Below, piece by piece: positions 20,951 to 31,143 of a DNA stretch of 33,249 nucleotides (positions are counted from its first letter, which is position 1; every line of letters begins with the position of its first letter). Source of the DNA: Catajapyx aquilonaris (taxonomy: Eukaryota); contig KZ537961.1 of the NCBI GenBank assembly GCA_000934665.2, forward strand, positions 186,001 through 219,249, written 5' to 3'. The notes under the pieces were generated by a model, which was not told where the DNA came from, searched no databases, and saw only the letters and a program-made list of their open reading frames with translations. The position numbers and the translations under genes are program-made.

Positions 20951-21763
20951 ATGTCCCCCTTATTTACAAGAAAGTACGAGACTATGACAAAAATCCGTGA
21001 AGGAGTTAACAGCAATAATGTCAAAAATAATCACAGAGGTGAATATTTTCTAAAATCTATACGTTTCACAAACAATTAAAAAAAATCCTGTTGCGAATCA
21101 AGAAAAAATCTTCATATTTTACTGATGCAGATGATTGCACAATAAAACTGCTTTCAAAAAGAAACAAATGTATTAGGCCTTTAGAATTGAGAGTCCTACT
21201 CCGCTTTTTCAGCTTTTCAAAATCGTCCTCAAAGACGATGTTCAATTTTGCCCTGATACTACTATACTATACAGTTGACCTTGCTTGCGTGCGTCAGAAT
21301 AACCAAATTTGTATAATAAATAATAAAATAATTATTATAAGCTTATATCTGTAGATCTGGGCAAGAAGTAATAACAATCTGAGACCTGCCTGACATCTGT
21401 GCCCCGCGTCACTTACTCTGTAGAGTACAACACACGTCATTGTTATACATAGCTTTTTCGGATTCTCAATTGTGATGATCAGTGATTGTTGATTAGGTGA
21501 AGAAAGAAAAGAGACGGAACATGGCACTTGTGGAATTCTCAAAGAAATGTCCAAATGGATAATTATGTTCCCATGTTTTATTATTTGCTGGATTCTACTC
21601 GTATAAGGGCAGTATATTACCAAGAAAAAAATGACATGTCTTGATTTGCATATACAGTATAGGCATGCAGACAAATTATTTTTATTCACGGTATACATTG
21701 TGTCAATATGTTAATGTAACAATAGCATATAGCATCAAGTGCAATAGAAGAGTCCCAAAGACG

Positions 21764-24700
21764 TCACACGCTGTGCTTGAGGTTACTAATGTGTGACGTA
21801 TATTTGTCGTCGAGATATTTCAAGAAATTCGTCACTCGTTGCCCCTTCTTTTCGTCACATCTATAATTCTCTCCTTCGTCTTCTAATTTCTTCAGGTAAG
21901 GCTGGAAATGCATTGTAGTATAAATAATTGTTAGCAGTAGCTACTAGTTGCACCAGAACCACTGTGTCAATGTGTTAAATTAAGTATGTCAAAAAAGTTA
22001 TAATGTATACTTGCGCTACAGTAAAAATCATATTTAAGATGGGTCATGCTTGCTTATTGTATCATTGCTTTAGGTATCCTACATTCCTAGCTACCCGTTT
22101 TTAGGGCAATAAGTTGTGATGCATTGATTTATGGATGGATATACCTTCAGTTGGTCAGCATGACGTTGAAACATCAACATTCCGCCGACAAAATTCCAGA
22201 AGTCGTAGTTTGGCCACAACACCTTGTCAAATGCAATGACACTGTATGCACACTGGAACAAGAAGCTAATATTATGGGTAAATTTGCTAATAGCGCAATA
22301 ATGAGCACCAAGCTTCACTGAAAAATGCACGTGTATACTGCACGTTTCAAACTGAGCAAGAATTACCTGCCAGAGCATGAAGTTGGAGAACCTCATTTCT
22401 CCAGAGGTTCTGACGATCATGTCAACTGGAGGTAAGTCCGAAGTTTGAAGACACTGCTCCATCAGTGCCTCTGACACGTCATCTGGTTCGATCAGGCCCT
22501 TCCTCACTCCTTCCTTCAGCTGGTTTATGGCGTAGGTTATGTCATCTCGGCCTAAAAAAGCAAAGATAATAATATCTATTCCCTGAATAACGTAGTATTC
22601 TAAATTCTGACTAAGGGAATTTGGATATTATGATCCCGTTAATTGCTCACCAGCATAAGGCATGGCCACAGTGTAGACATGCTTATTACAATGACGAGTT
22701 CTCTCCATCAGCTCCCCAGCCAAAACTCGTAGCTTCTGTGGAAATAACTCCAATCGTCCAATAACCCGAAATTGGATTCCATCCTTGATCATGAAATCTC
22801 TGTAAAGGTGAACAATATCCCAAAATAAACTAGTCGTGGCACTAGGCAGTAATTAATACATTATTAAAATAAATAGCTAATTAAACTAGTCGTGGCACTA
22901 GGCAGTAATTAATGCAGTATTAAAATGAATAGCTAATTAACTTCAGTCCAACTACTAACTTAGCAGTAACTAGTAGTGGGACTAAGTAGTACCCGTAACT
23001 AAGATAATATTAAAATAAACAGTCAATTAACTGTGTTAGCAGTACGTATTCGTGGCACTACGAGTAACTAATTTCTATATCTATAAATAAGGAAGTTTGT
23101 CAGTTTGTTTGTCCTTTATAGAAATCCAGGGGAAGGCCCCTACACCGCCTTAAACTAGCATATCGGGGGTTACATTTTCCAAGGAATCTAACGCCGCATG
23201 TTTCAGCTTCCGCAAATGAACCTAACTCCCACAACACGCATATTCCCGAATCTTCTCTCTTCTCGGGCCTTAACAATTAACTTACATAAAAATCAAATAA
23301 CAATATACCGTATCAATTCACATTCCCATGGAAATGTCCTTATGCAACTTCAATACCTAGCAAATTAAACCATCGACGGTAAATTCAACGCATGCACCAA
23401 TTACGCTAATAATTGGCCACCTCACGTGAGTTCGTATCGTATATGGTCATTCCGGGATTTCGTGGGATTAGAAAGTAGACTTCCAGACAAAAATAAATAC
23501 AATAAAATAATACAGTATTTACTAATATTACTCCGTGTTGAGAAAATTTCTTCCACCATGCATCTGTACGTCTGTACGTACTGTACATTTCTAGAGTTCT
23601 TCAAAGCAAACATATGGAACGAGATGGAGGTGTGAAGTGGGGTTGGGGGGTCAAGGGGTCAAAAATGCAGGGGGAAAAAACACACGGCTGTGCAGTCTTT
23701 TCCTGGGCCAACTCCATCCGCAATCCTCTTTTTACACATCCAATCAGAATATCTATCTGTGTCGACTACACTATAAGACAAGCAGGTAATCTACAGTATC
23801 ACTGAGAGTGACAAACCTTGGCTTATTGCAACTTATAAGGCCTATTTTAAGACATATCGAGTTTCGAGTGTACGGAAGGGAAATTTTTACAACTTTCCCT
23901 TCCATACACTCGAAACTCGATATGTCTTAAAATAGGCCTTATAAGTTGCAATAAGCCAAGGTTTGTCACTCTCTGTGATACTGTAGATTTCCTGCTTGTC
24001 TCATAGCGTATGTAGTCGACACAGATATTCTGATTGGATGTGTAAAAAGAGGAATGCAGATGGAGTTGGACCAGGAAAAGACTGCACAGCCATGTGTTTT
24101 CCCCTGTGCATTTTTGACCCTTTGACCCTCCAACTCCACTTCACACCCCCACCTCGTTCCATATGTTTGCTCTGAAGAAATTTAGAAATGTACGTACAGA
24201 TCTCGGTACAGATGCATGGTGGGTATGGAGAACTTCGAGTTATAGCAATTCGAGTTAGGGAAGTTTATTTCCTATTATTTTACATTGTAACCAACCAAGC
24301 TCATCATTTTCTTCGACTTATAGAGAACTTCGACTTAGGGAAGTTCGACTTATGGGAGTTTTACTGATATTTTATTGTACTTATTTTCGTCTGGAAGTCT
24401 AGCTGCAAATCCCACGAAATCCCGGAATGACCATACGATACGAACTCACGTGAGGTGGCCAATTATTAGCGTAATTGGTGCATGCGTTGAATTTACCGTC
24501 GATGGTTTAATTTGCTAGGTATTGAAGTTGCATAAGGGCATTTCCATGGGAATGTGAATTGATACGGTATATTGTTATTTGATGTTTATGTAAGTTAATA
24601 ATTGTTGAGACCCGTGAAGTGAGAAGATTCGGGAATATGCGTGTTGTGGGAGTTACAGTAGGTTCATTTTCGGAAGCTGAAACATGCGGCGTTAGATTCC

Positions 24701-26307
24701 TTGGAAAATGTAACCCCCGACATGCTAATTTAAGGCGGTGTAGGGGCCTTCCCCTGGATTTCTAAAAGGGACAAACAAACTGACAAACTTCCTTATTTAT
24801 AGATATAGAGATTCCCTGAATAACATATGATTCTGAATTCTGACTAATCCTTAAAAATACTAAGGGAATTTGGATATTATGATCCCGTTAATTGCTCACC
24901 AGCATAAGGCATGGCCACAGTGTAGACATGCTTATTACAATGACGAGTTTTCTCCATCAGCTCCCCAGCCAAAACTCGTAGCTTCTGTGGAAATAATTCC
25001 AAACTTCCAATAACCCGAAATTGGATTCCATCCTTGATCATGAAATCTCTGTCAAGGTGAACAATATCCCAAAATAATTGCACTTGTGGCGGTGATGTAT
25101 AGTACCATACATGTATGGTACCATAGCGGTCTTCTAATATTATTCATGAAATACACATAGAGTTATAGAGTCTCTAAAAACATTGTTCTACTGTGTATTA
25201 AAGTATTAAAAGGTTTTTAAAAATGATTTTTATCGTACTATTGTCCAGATGTGATTTCTTTCACCAAATTACGAGCTGTTCGAGCAACATTTCGGCCAAC
25301 TTGATTCTGAATGACCCCTAGTCGACCGTTCCAAACTTTAAAACGATATAATTATATCTCAAAGGGTGTGCCTTACAGCACTATTCTAAGTGCTGATTTG
25401 GAATCAGCGGGGGGCGGGGGGAGACCTTATATANTAAACACATACGGTATTATTACCTGAGAAATAATACCCTTGCCGAACAATGCAATTTACACCACTC
25501 AAATATATTCATAAGCAAAAATAAATAAATCTCTGCCAAAGAATTTGTCACCTTCAATCACCTAATGCCTGCAGGTAATAAACTATTTAATTACAACCGT
25601 ATACCGTATAGAGTCCGCTTTCTACTTCTTTTCCTATGAAATCCGACGCCAACGCAACAAGAAGCTTACTCACATCTCTTCCAAATATTGCGTCATGGCA
25701 TCTTCAAACACCTTAATCAGTCCTTCAACTTCCTCTTGAGCTCTTCCAAAATTATCCAGGCTGAATGCAAAAGTTGTCACAGCGTAGACACCTAAGAATT
25801 TGCACCATCCTAGCACTTTTTTCATTTTCACACCACTGGAATTACAGTAGAAATAAGCAAATAACTCAGTCAACATAGGGTGTATTTAACTGTCCCCATC
25901 CACCTCTCCGTATTGACATGCTGACATATGAAAACATTTATGCTAAGCTTAAAATGTATAACGTATTTAGTACTATCGTATTTGCAGTCACATTATTTTC
26001 CATATTGTAACTCACCCATCTGTGTGGCCTTGCATGATCGGAAGTCCTTTGGACTTGGCGTATCGTCTGTTTCCATCCATGATGTACCCAACATGACGAG
26101 GTACACTTCCTTGCTTTATTATGTCCAAGACATAGCGCTGCAGCCACGAGGGGTTGTAATACGACTTAGGTCGGTAGTCCTAAAATCATGTGTGTAAGTA
26201 AGACATAATTATGTGCAGTACAATATGATGGAAATGATTCTGACCATCTGGCATGTTATGAACAATGAGTCGGAAACTATCGGCAAAGTTAGGTGTCACC
26301 TTACCAT
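21764..26307 (-). CDS. DHDDS: cis-prenyltransferase / dehydrodolichyl diphosphate synthase-like (DHDDS-like), ~302 aa, with duplicated exon 4
   Basis: Exons 26307-26305 (ATG only), 26179-26016, 25835-25674, [25048-24900 or 22799-22651], 22551-22367, 22252-22145 and 21901-21764 join in frame (909 nt with one exon-4 copy). Motifs: [75 protein letters not shown] at ~26404-26397 and AATAAA at ~21686-21681. Orthology versus paralogy is not established. Confidence 0.85.
22828..23072. repeat. ~56-bp tandem minisatellite (2 good + degenerate copies)
   Basis: AACTAGTCGTGGCACTAGGCAGTAATTAAT...ATTAAAAT.AATAGCTAATTA at 22828 and 22884; degenerate echoes to ~23072. Confidence 0.8.
23074..24809. repeat. 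1.7-kb palindrome (~810-bp left arm, 10-nt loop)
   Basis: 23074-23883 is the reverse complement of 23894-24809; loop TTTTTACAAC. Scattered mismatches, plus one ~145-nt foreign segment in the right arm. Confidence 0.96.
24223..24366. mobile_element. MITE fragment nested in right palindrome arm
   Basis: Segment absent from the left arm, built of TTCGA(G/C)TTA subrepeats. It ends GGGAGTTTTACTG (reverse complement CAGTAAAACTCCC, a Tc1/pogo-like terminus). Confidence 0.6.
25283..25318. repeat. Solo copy of the terminus found inside the 29.6-30.4 kb foldback
   Basis: AGCAACATTTCGGCCAACTTGATTCTGAATGACCC is nearly the reverse complement of GGGTCATTCCGAATCAAGTAGGCCGAAATGTTGCT at ~29684-29718. Confidence 0.7.
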
Positions 26308-26735
26308 CGTCTGTTATTACTAGCCGCACTTCCTAAGAGAATGATCCTGAGAGGATGAAAGGAATGTGAATCAAGCTGAGACAATCATGCTGGCTCTTTA
26401 TATAGGTACGCCTAGCCTAAAGTGTACAATACACCTGACAAAAGGTGGAGGATGAGTGGAAAGATATGCGTCAGTATTATCTAACTAATGACTTTGGTAG
26501 TGCATATTAACAGTTTTAAGAAATAATCATATGCAATGACGCAAGTTGAGAGAAAAAATATGTTGGCAGAGATTTCCCATGGGAAATCTCTCCCTGTGTA
26601 CACATATAAGTTTCCACAGCGCCACACCACCTTTTGCTTGTTACAACAGCATGTTACGGTGTTATGAAGTAGCTACTTCATAACACCGTAATCACCCCTC
26701 AAATCGCAGTCGCTCAAATCGATTTGAGGGGCCAA

Positions 26736-26798
26736 GATGTACCCAACACTTCCTTGCTTTGTCCAGGACAAAGCGCTCCAACCACTTGGAAGTAATAC
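26736..26798 (-). pseudogene. Degenerate fragment of DHDDS-like exon 2
   Basis: GATGTACCCAACACTTCCTTGCTTTGTCCAGGACAAAGCGCTCCAACCAC...GTAATAC aligns, with small deletions, to 26081-26162 (GATGTACCCAACATGACGAGGTACACTTCCTTGCTTTATTATGTCCAAGACATAGCGCTGCAGCCAC...GTAATAC). Confidence 0.75.
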
Positions 26799-27158
26799 AT
26801 GGCTGATGAGGACTGCCTCTGTGCAGTTGTCTGTGGGAGACTTACAGTGCGGTCAAAAGTTTATGCATAATGGTGACACGCCTGAAACCAACTACTATAT
26901 GAATAACATCTGATAAGAAATTCATCCAACCAGCTTTTTCCATTTTAATAACGCCGCCTTAAATATCATACGCCAGGGGTTACTTCATACGAGGAATTTA
27001 ATGCCGAATAGCTCAAATCCTGAAAATGAGCCTGAAAGTTACACTTGCACCTTGCACATCTCCCAATCACCCTATACTGTCTTGCGGACCCGGGCATTTC
27101 GTCTAGAGAGAAAAAACTTGACGAGAAAAATAAAGGTGTGATGTGCGCGTGAGGCGGA

Positions 27159-27552
27159 GATACACTACACCCAATTAGAGGCACGACCTTGCAAATTTAA
27201 GAATTACACAAAGCAAGATGGACAAGATAAGTTTATCACGATATTTCTTTATTATATATATATTATTTACATATTATTTATTATTTATATATAAATGGGC
27301 TTCCTGGTCTAAAATTAATGTACTGTATGCATTGAGTGGGAAATCAGACGTATACATTGAGTTTATACTCAATTATGAAGTTTATACATTGAGTGGGGAA
27401 AAGACGTATACACTACACCCAATAAGAGGCATGGCCTTCCAAATTTAAGAATTACAGATGGCAAGATGGGCAATAAGTCTATCACGATACTTCTTTATAT
27501 AAATGGGCTTCTTGACATAAAATTAAGGTAAACTGTACATTGCGTGGGAAAA
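27159..27552. repeat. Imperfect ~250-bp-period direct repeat
   Basis: TACACTACACCCAAT.AGAGGCA.G.CCTT.CAAATTTAAGAATTACA...TATCACGATA.TTCTTTAT...ATAAATGGGCTTC occurs at ~27160 and ~27408. Confidence 0.8.
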
Positions 27553-28942
27553 CGCTGGTGCTGAGAGCCCCACGAAAAACGCGCATGAGGCGGCAACAAA
27601 AACAAATTATTGCAAAAATAATTGCAAATATAAGCAGCGCCAGTGATGTGGGCATAAAGAAGGGTATCATTAGCAGTTTTTCTCGAAATAGAGATACCTA
27701 ACTTAAGTGATTATTTTTTTTTGCAGAACAGTTACAGTGCTGATGTTTGTTGGGACAGTTGGGTACTTTCATTGTGAAATCAGTGGGACCCTGGTTTTGC
27801 ATTCGTATAGGTCTACTAATAACGGATTAATTTATACCAGAACCAAAATTATTGGCCGTATCACAGAATTTGTTGCTGTTAAGCTATGTACACGTTATTT
27901 TGTGCAAATGAAATCCCTCATAGCAGAATCTTTATGTGCATATTAAAAATTACCTCATATTTTCGAACAATTAAAACTTGAACACAAATTCACCATGCAC
28001 CTTGATCGACTTGCATAGTACCTGGTAATCATTCGACAAAATATGCATATTTATACAGTGTAAGGGGGAATTATTGCGGCACATGGGCGATGTTGAAATT
28101 TTTATGACTGACCGAAGTAATCCAGAAATTCCAGCAGAAAGACAACAATGTCACACATAAGACATAACACAGAATTATTAATATTTGTTAATATATATTT
28201 AATATACTAAAGTTAATGTTTGCCTAACCTTGATCTTGCCTGCACATAAGTTATTACAACAGAAAATATTTAAAATTTTAACGTTTGAATTCGGAAAAAA
28301 CAGGTGTGTGGCAAAATTACAATAATACCGTATTATTCCAGAACTAGTTTCTAGCAGGGGTTAGGTCTACTATAAGAGCCGAGGCTACCGATAGTCTCAT
28401 CAAAATTATAGATATTCACGCATATGCAAAATGTTCCGCCATTATTTCTGGAGATAAGGTCAGCTAATTGTTTATGTTTTTTGGCTAATGACATTTTGTA
28501 TCGCTGTCTTTTTTCGTCTCATGGTCATCCACGATGGACAATGAACTACCGGATTCTAATGCGGCTGGGGCGTGTCGTGGGGCATCGACTAATCACCCTG
28601 CTGCCACCAGAAAGGTAACAAGTGGTGGACCCGACTTCTGGAAGCGGTGTACAACATTCAACGCAGTATATTCTACGACCTGTTCAGATCTCATGGCTAG
28701 ACTGTCAATCCAGAGCAGACGAAGAGAATACCTGAGGAGACAGCATAAAGACATGATCACACAGCTGAAGACACACGGTCACTCAGGAATGTCCCAAGAC
28801 GACCACGACCACGACCACGACGCGATCGTATATACAGGCAGAATGATGCAGAATGTCCCTCAAGGTCGGCGCAAGATGGTCAGCATTGGCATTAGCACCA
28901 GAATACTCAATTAATGTAGGCTACTGTAAAATGAGACAATAA

Positions 28943-29048
28943 AAACAGCCTCAAACTATTACTTGCCAGTTTGCATTTTTGTTCTCCATACATAGCACAT
29001 GTGCAGAATAATGTACAGTAGGTAAGACGTCATGTTACATGAGCACCT
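28943..29048 (+). repeat. Third, truncated copy of the spacer upstream of tRNA-Gly
   Basis: ACAGCCTCAAACTATTACTTGCCAG...CACATGTGCAGAATAATGTA...CATGAGCACCT matches ~18018-18129 and 31716-31787/32737-32764. No tRNA follows this copy. Confidence 0.8.
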
Positions 29049-29570
29049 TGCACAGAGCTTTATATTCTTCTCCGGCTTTGGAGCTTCCTAATATCACCGG
29101 CAGTCAGATAAGACCCATCTCAAACGGTAAACCCGTGCACAATGTACACAGGACTATTCTTCAATATTGTTAATGGTATAACTTACCTTTGCCTCTAACA
29201 ATGAAAATTGTTGTTGTGTCGTCGTTGTTATCACATACTCACGCGTCATCTGTCAATAATGATCCCTTAGACTACTTCATTCGACTGACTTTAAAATTTC
29301 AGCCAGAAGGACTAAATAGAATTTTGGTGAAACTTTAAAATGCCCATTAGGGTGGAGCGAAAAAAACGAAAGTTGTCCGATTAAATCGCACGGGGTGTCA
29401 AAAGTTGTGTATGGACAAGTATAACACTAGCTGGTGAATTTTTTTAGAATTTTCGTACTTCATCTTCATTTGTCGCCAGAGCCTTCAAGTTTCGCAATTT
29501 TTGCGAGAACAACACGTCATATTACATTATGCAACACGATTTTTGTCCATGGAAATTCACCGCTATTTCC

Positions 29571-30436
29571 ATGTTGCTTAGGTCACTGACAACTCATAAT
29601 TGACCATTCATTTTGTCTGGGATTTGTTTTTGACCTTGGGGCAGGTACAGTCAAAAACCCAAATTACTCGAAGTACTGCATACGGGTCATTCCGAATCAA
29701 GTAGGCCGAAATGTTGCTAGACCATCTCGGAATTTGCTGAAAAATAACACCGCTGTACATGACTATACCATAACACGTCATGTCAAGTTTCAGAGAAATT
29801 ACGCAATACCGTTGGGAGGGAAAAAATGGAAATGAGGCCCTTTTGGTTAATTTTTTCGGTTAGTGAAAATAGTCCAACACCAATAAACAATACATCAAAT
29901 GAAAGAGAATCACGAGGGAAATGCGTATATGGAATTTGTTCTCCTCTCAAATGTAACCAGATAATTTGCAAATTCTTGGACATGTGACCGAGCACGTGAC
30001 CGATGGAATACCACCCACATTTTTCTGGTCACACCTTAGAGGAAAACTAATTCAATAGACGCATTCCCCTCGTGTTCCCCTTTAATTTGATGCATTGCTT
30101 ATTGGGGTTTGACCACTTTCACTAACCTAAAAAATTATTCAAATGGACCTCATTTCCGGTATTTTCCTAAATTTCGAGATTTTTTCCCTCCCAACGGTAT
30201 TGCGTAATTTGGTTGAAACTTGACATGACGTGTTACGGCATAGTCATGTACAGTACAGCGGTGATATTTTTCAGCAAATTCCGAGATGGTCTAGCAACAT
30301 TTCGGCCTACTTGATTCGGAATGGTATGCAGTATTTCGAGGAATTTGGATTTTTGACTGAAACTGCCCCAAGCCCAAAAACAAATCCCAGACAAAATGAA
30401 TGGCCCATTATGAGTAACCAGTGACCTCAGCAACAT
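29571..30436. mobile_element. ~870-bp foldback / MITE-like inverted repeat
   Basis: ATGTTGCTTAGGTCACTG... is mirrored by ...CAGTGACCTCAGCAACAT. The arms stay alignable for ~390 bp with indels; unpaired centre ~29967-30020. Confidence 0.88.
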
Positions 30437-30777
30437 CTGCATTCTGGTGAAGCTTGAGGAATTAATCCCGGGGTCCCTGGTCACTTCCCGGACTTCAAAC
30501 CCAGAAGCAAAACAACGAATCAAAGGGTAAGCAAGCCGCAGGTACTGTTTCCTAATTGATTCGGCGAATGTCCCGTATACTTGACATAAGCCTGTGCCAG
30601 TGTACAGTTCACTTGAATCCACGTGCTAGGTCCTCATCGCATCAATGAGGCTAGTTCGGCAATTCTGAACAGCAATTTGGCAAGAAAACAGTATAAAAGC
30701 TGATTACTCCAAGGATCAGTATCAGTCGCTCAAGCGCACTTCTTCAGGCAAGAGCAACCATCAAGAATCGCATCATC

Positions 30778-31143
30778 ATGGACGCAAAGGTAATTGAAGT
30801 AATGCATTGTTTAATCGCACTCACTGTTTCATGTCAAATGCAGATACTGCTGGTCCTCGTTGTGCTGGGAGTGGTGGCGTGTGTGTCAGGAGGAGGTCAC
30901 ACCAACTACAAGTACGGGTTTTCCACAAAGGGCAAGTACGGGGCAGCCCAGGTGGAGGCTGGTGCAGATGACCACAAGTGGGGTTTCTCAGTCAACAACC
31001 ACCACAAGGATGGGGTCAGCTACATCAAGCAGAGTGGGGACAACACTCACCACGGAGGATTCGAGGGAGGGTTCGGAGGTGGGGCTGGTGGTGCTGGTGG
31101 TGCCGGAGGTGGTTTCGGAGGGGGATTTGGAGGGGGATTTTAA
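30778..31143 (+). CDS. Secreted glycine-rich protein, copy D (~103 aa, 2 exons)
   Basis: TATAAAAG at 30692; exon 1 30778-30789 (MDAK), 54-nt intron, exon 2 30844-31143; 31 of 103 residues are Gly; AATAAA at ~31185. Confidence 0.88.
   Translation: MDAKVIEVMHCLIALTVSCQMQILLVLVVLGVVACVSGGGHTNYKYGFSTKGKYGAAQVEAGADDHKWGFSVNNHHKDGVSYIKQSGDNTHHGGFEGGFGGGAGGAGGAGGGFGGGFGGGF

Larger units (their letters stand above)
22830..24811 (-). mobile_element. Helitron-like non-autonomous insert between the two exon-4 copies
   Basis: On the minus strand it begins A|TCTCTATATCTATAAATAAGGAAGTTTGTCAGTTTGTTTGTCC (TC start, TATA-rich, GTTT microsatellite) and ends ...CCACGACTAG|T. No canonical GC-rich 3' hairpin was seen. 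Confidence 0.58.

Noticed and set aside
22828..23072. Repeat-spacer-like pattern as a CRISPR array
   Set aside because: Eukaryotic context, whole units repeat without unique spacers, and there are no cas genes.
26843..26875. TA-CAGTGCGGTCAAAAGTTT Tc1-like terminus
   Set aside because: No matching inverted partner or transposase was found in the window.
28534..28914. 126-aa ORF MDNELPDSNAAG... with DHDHDH
   Set aside because: No recognisable domain or gene structure, and DH comes from a GACCAC microsatellite. It cannot be excluded without RNA data.
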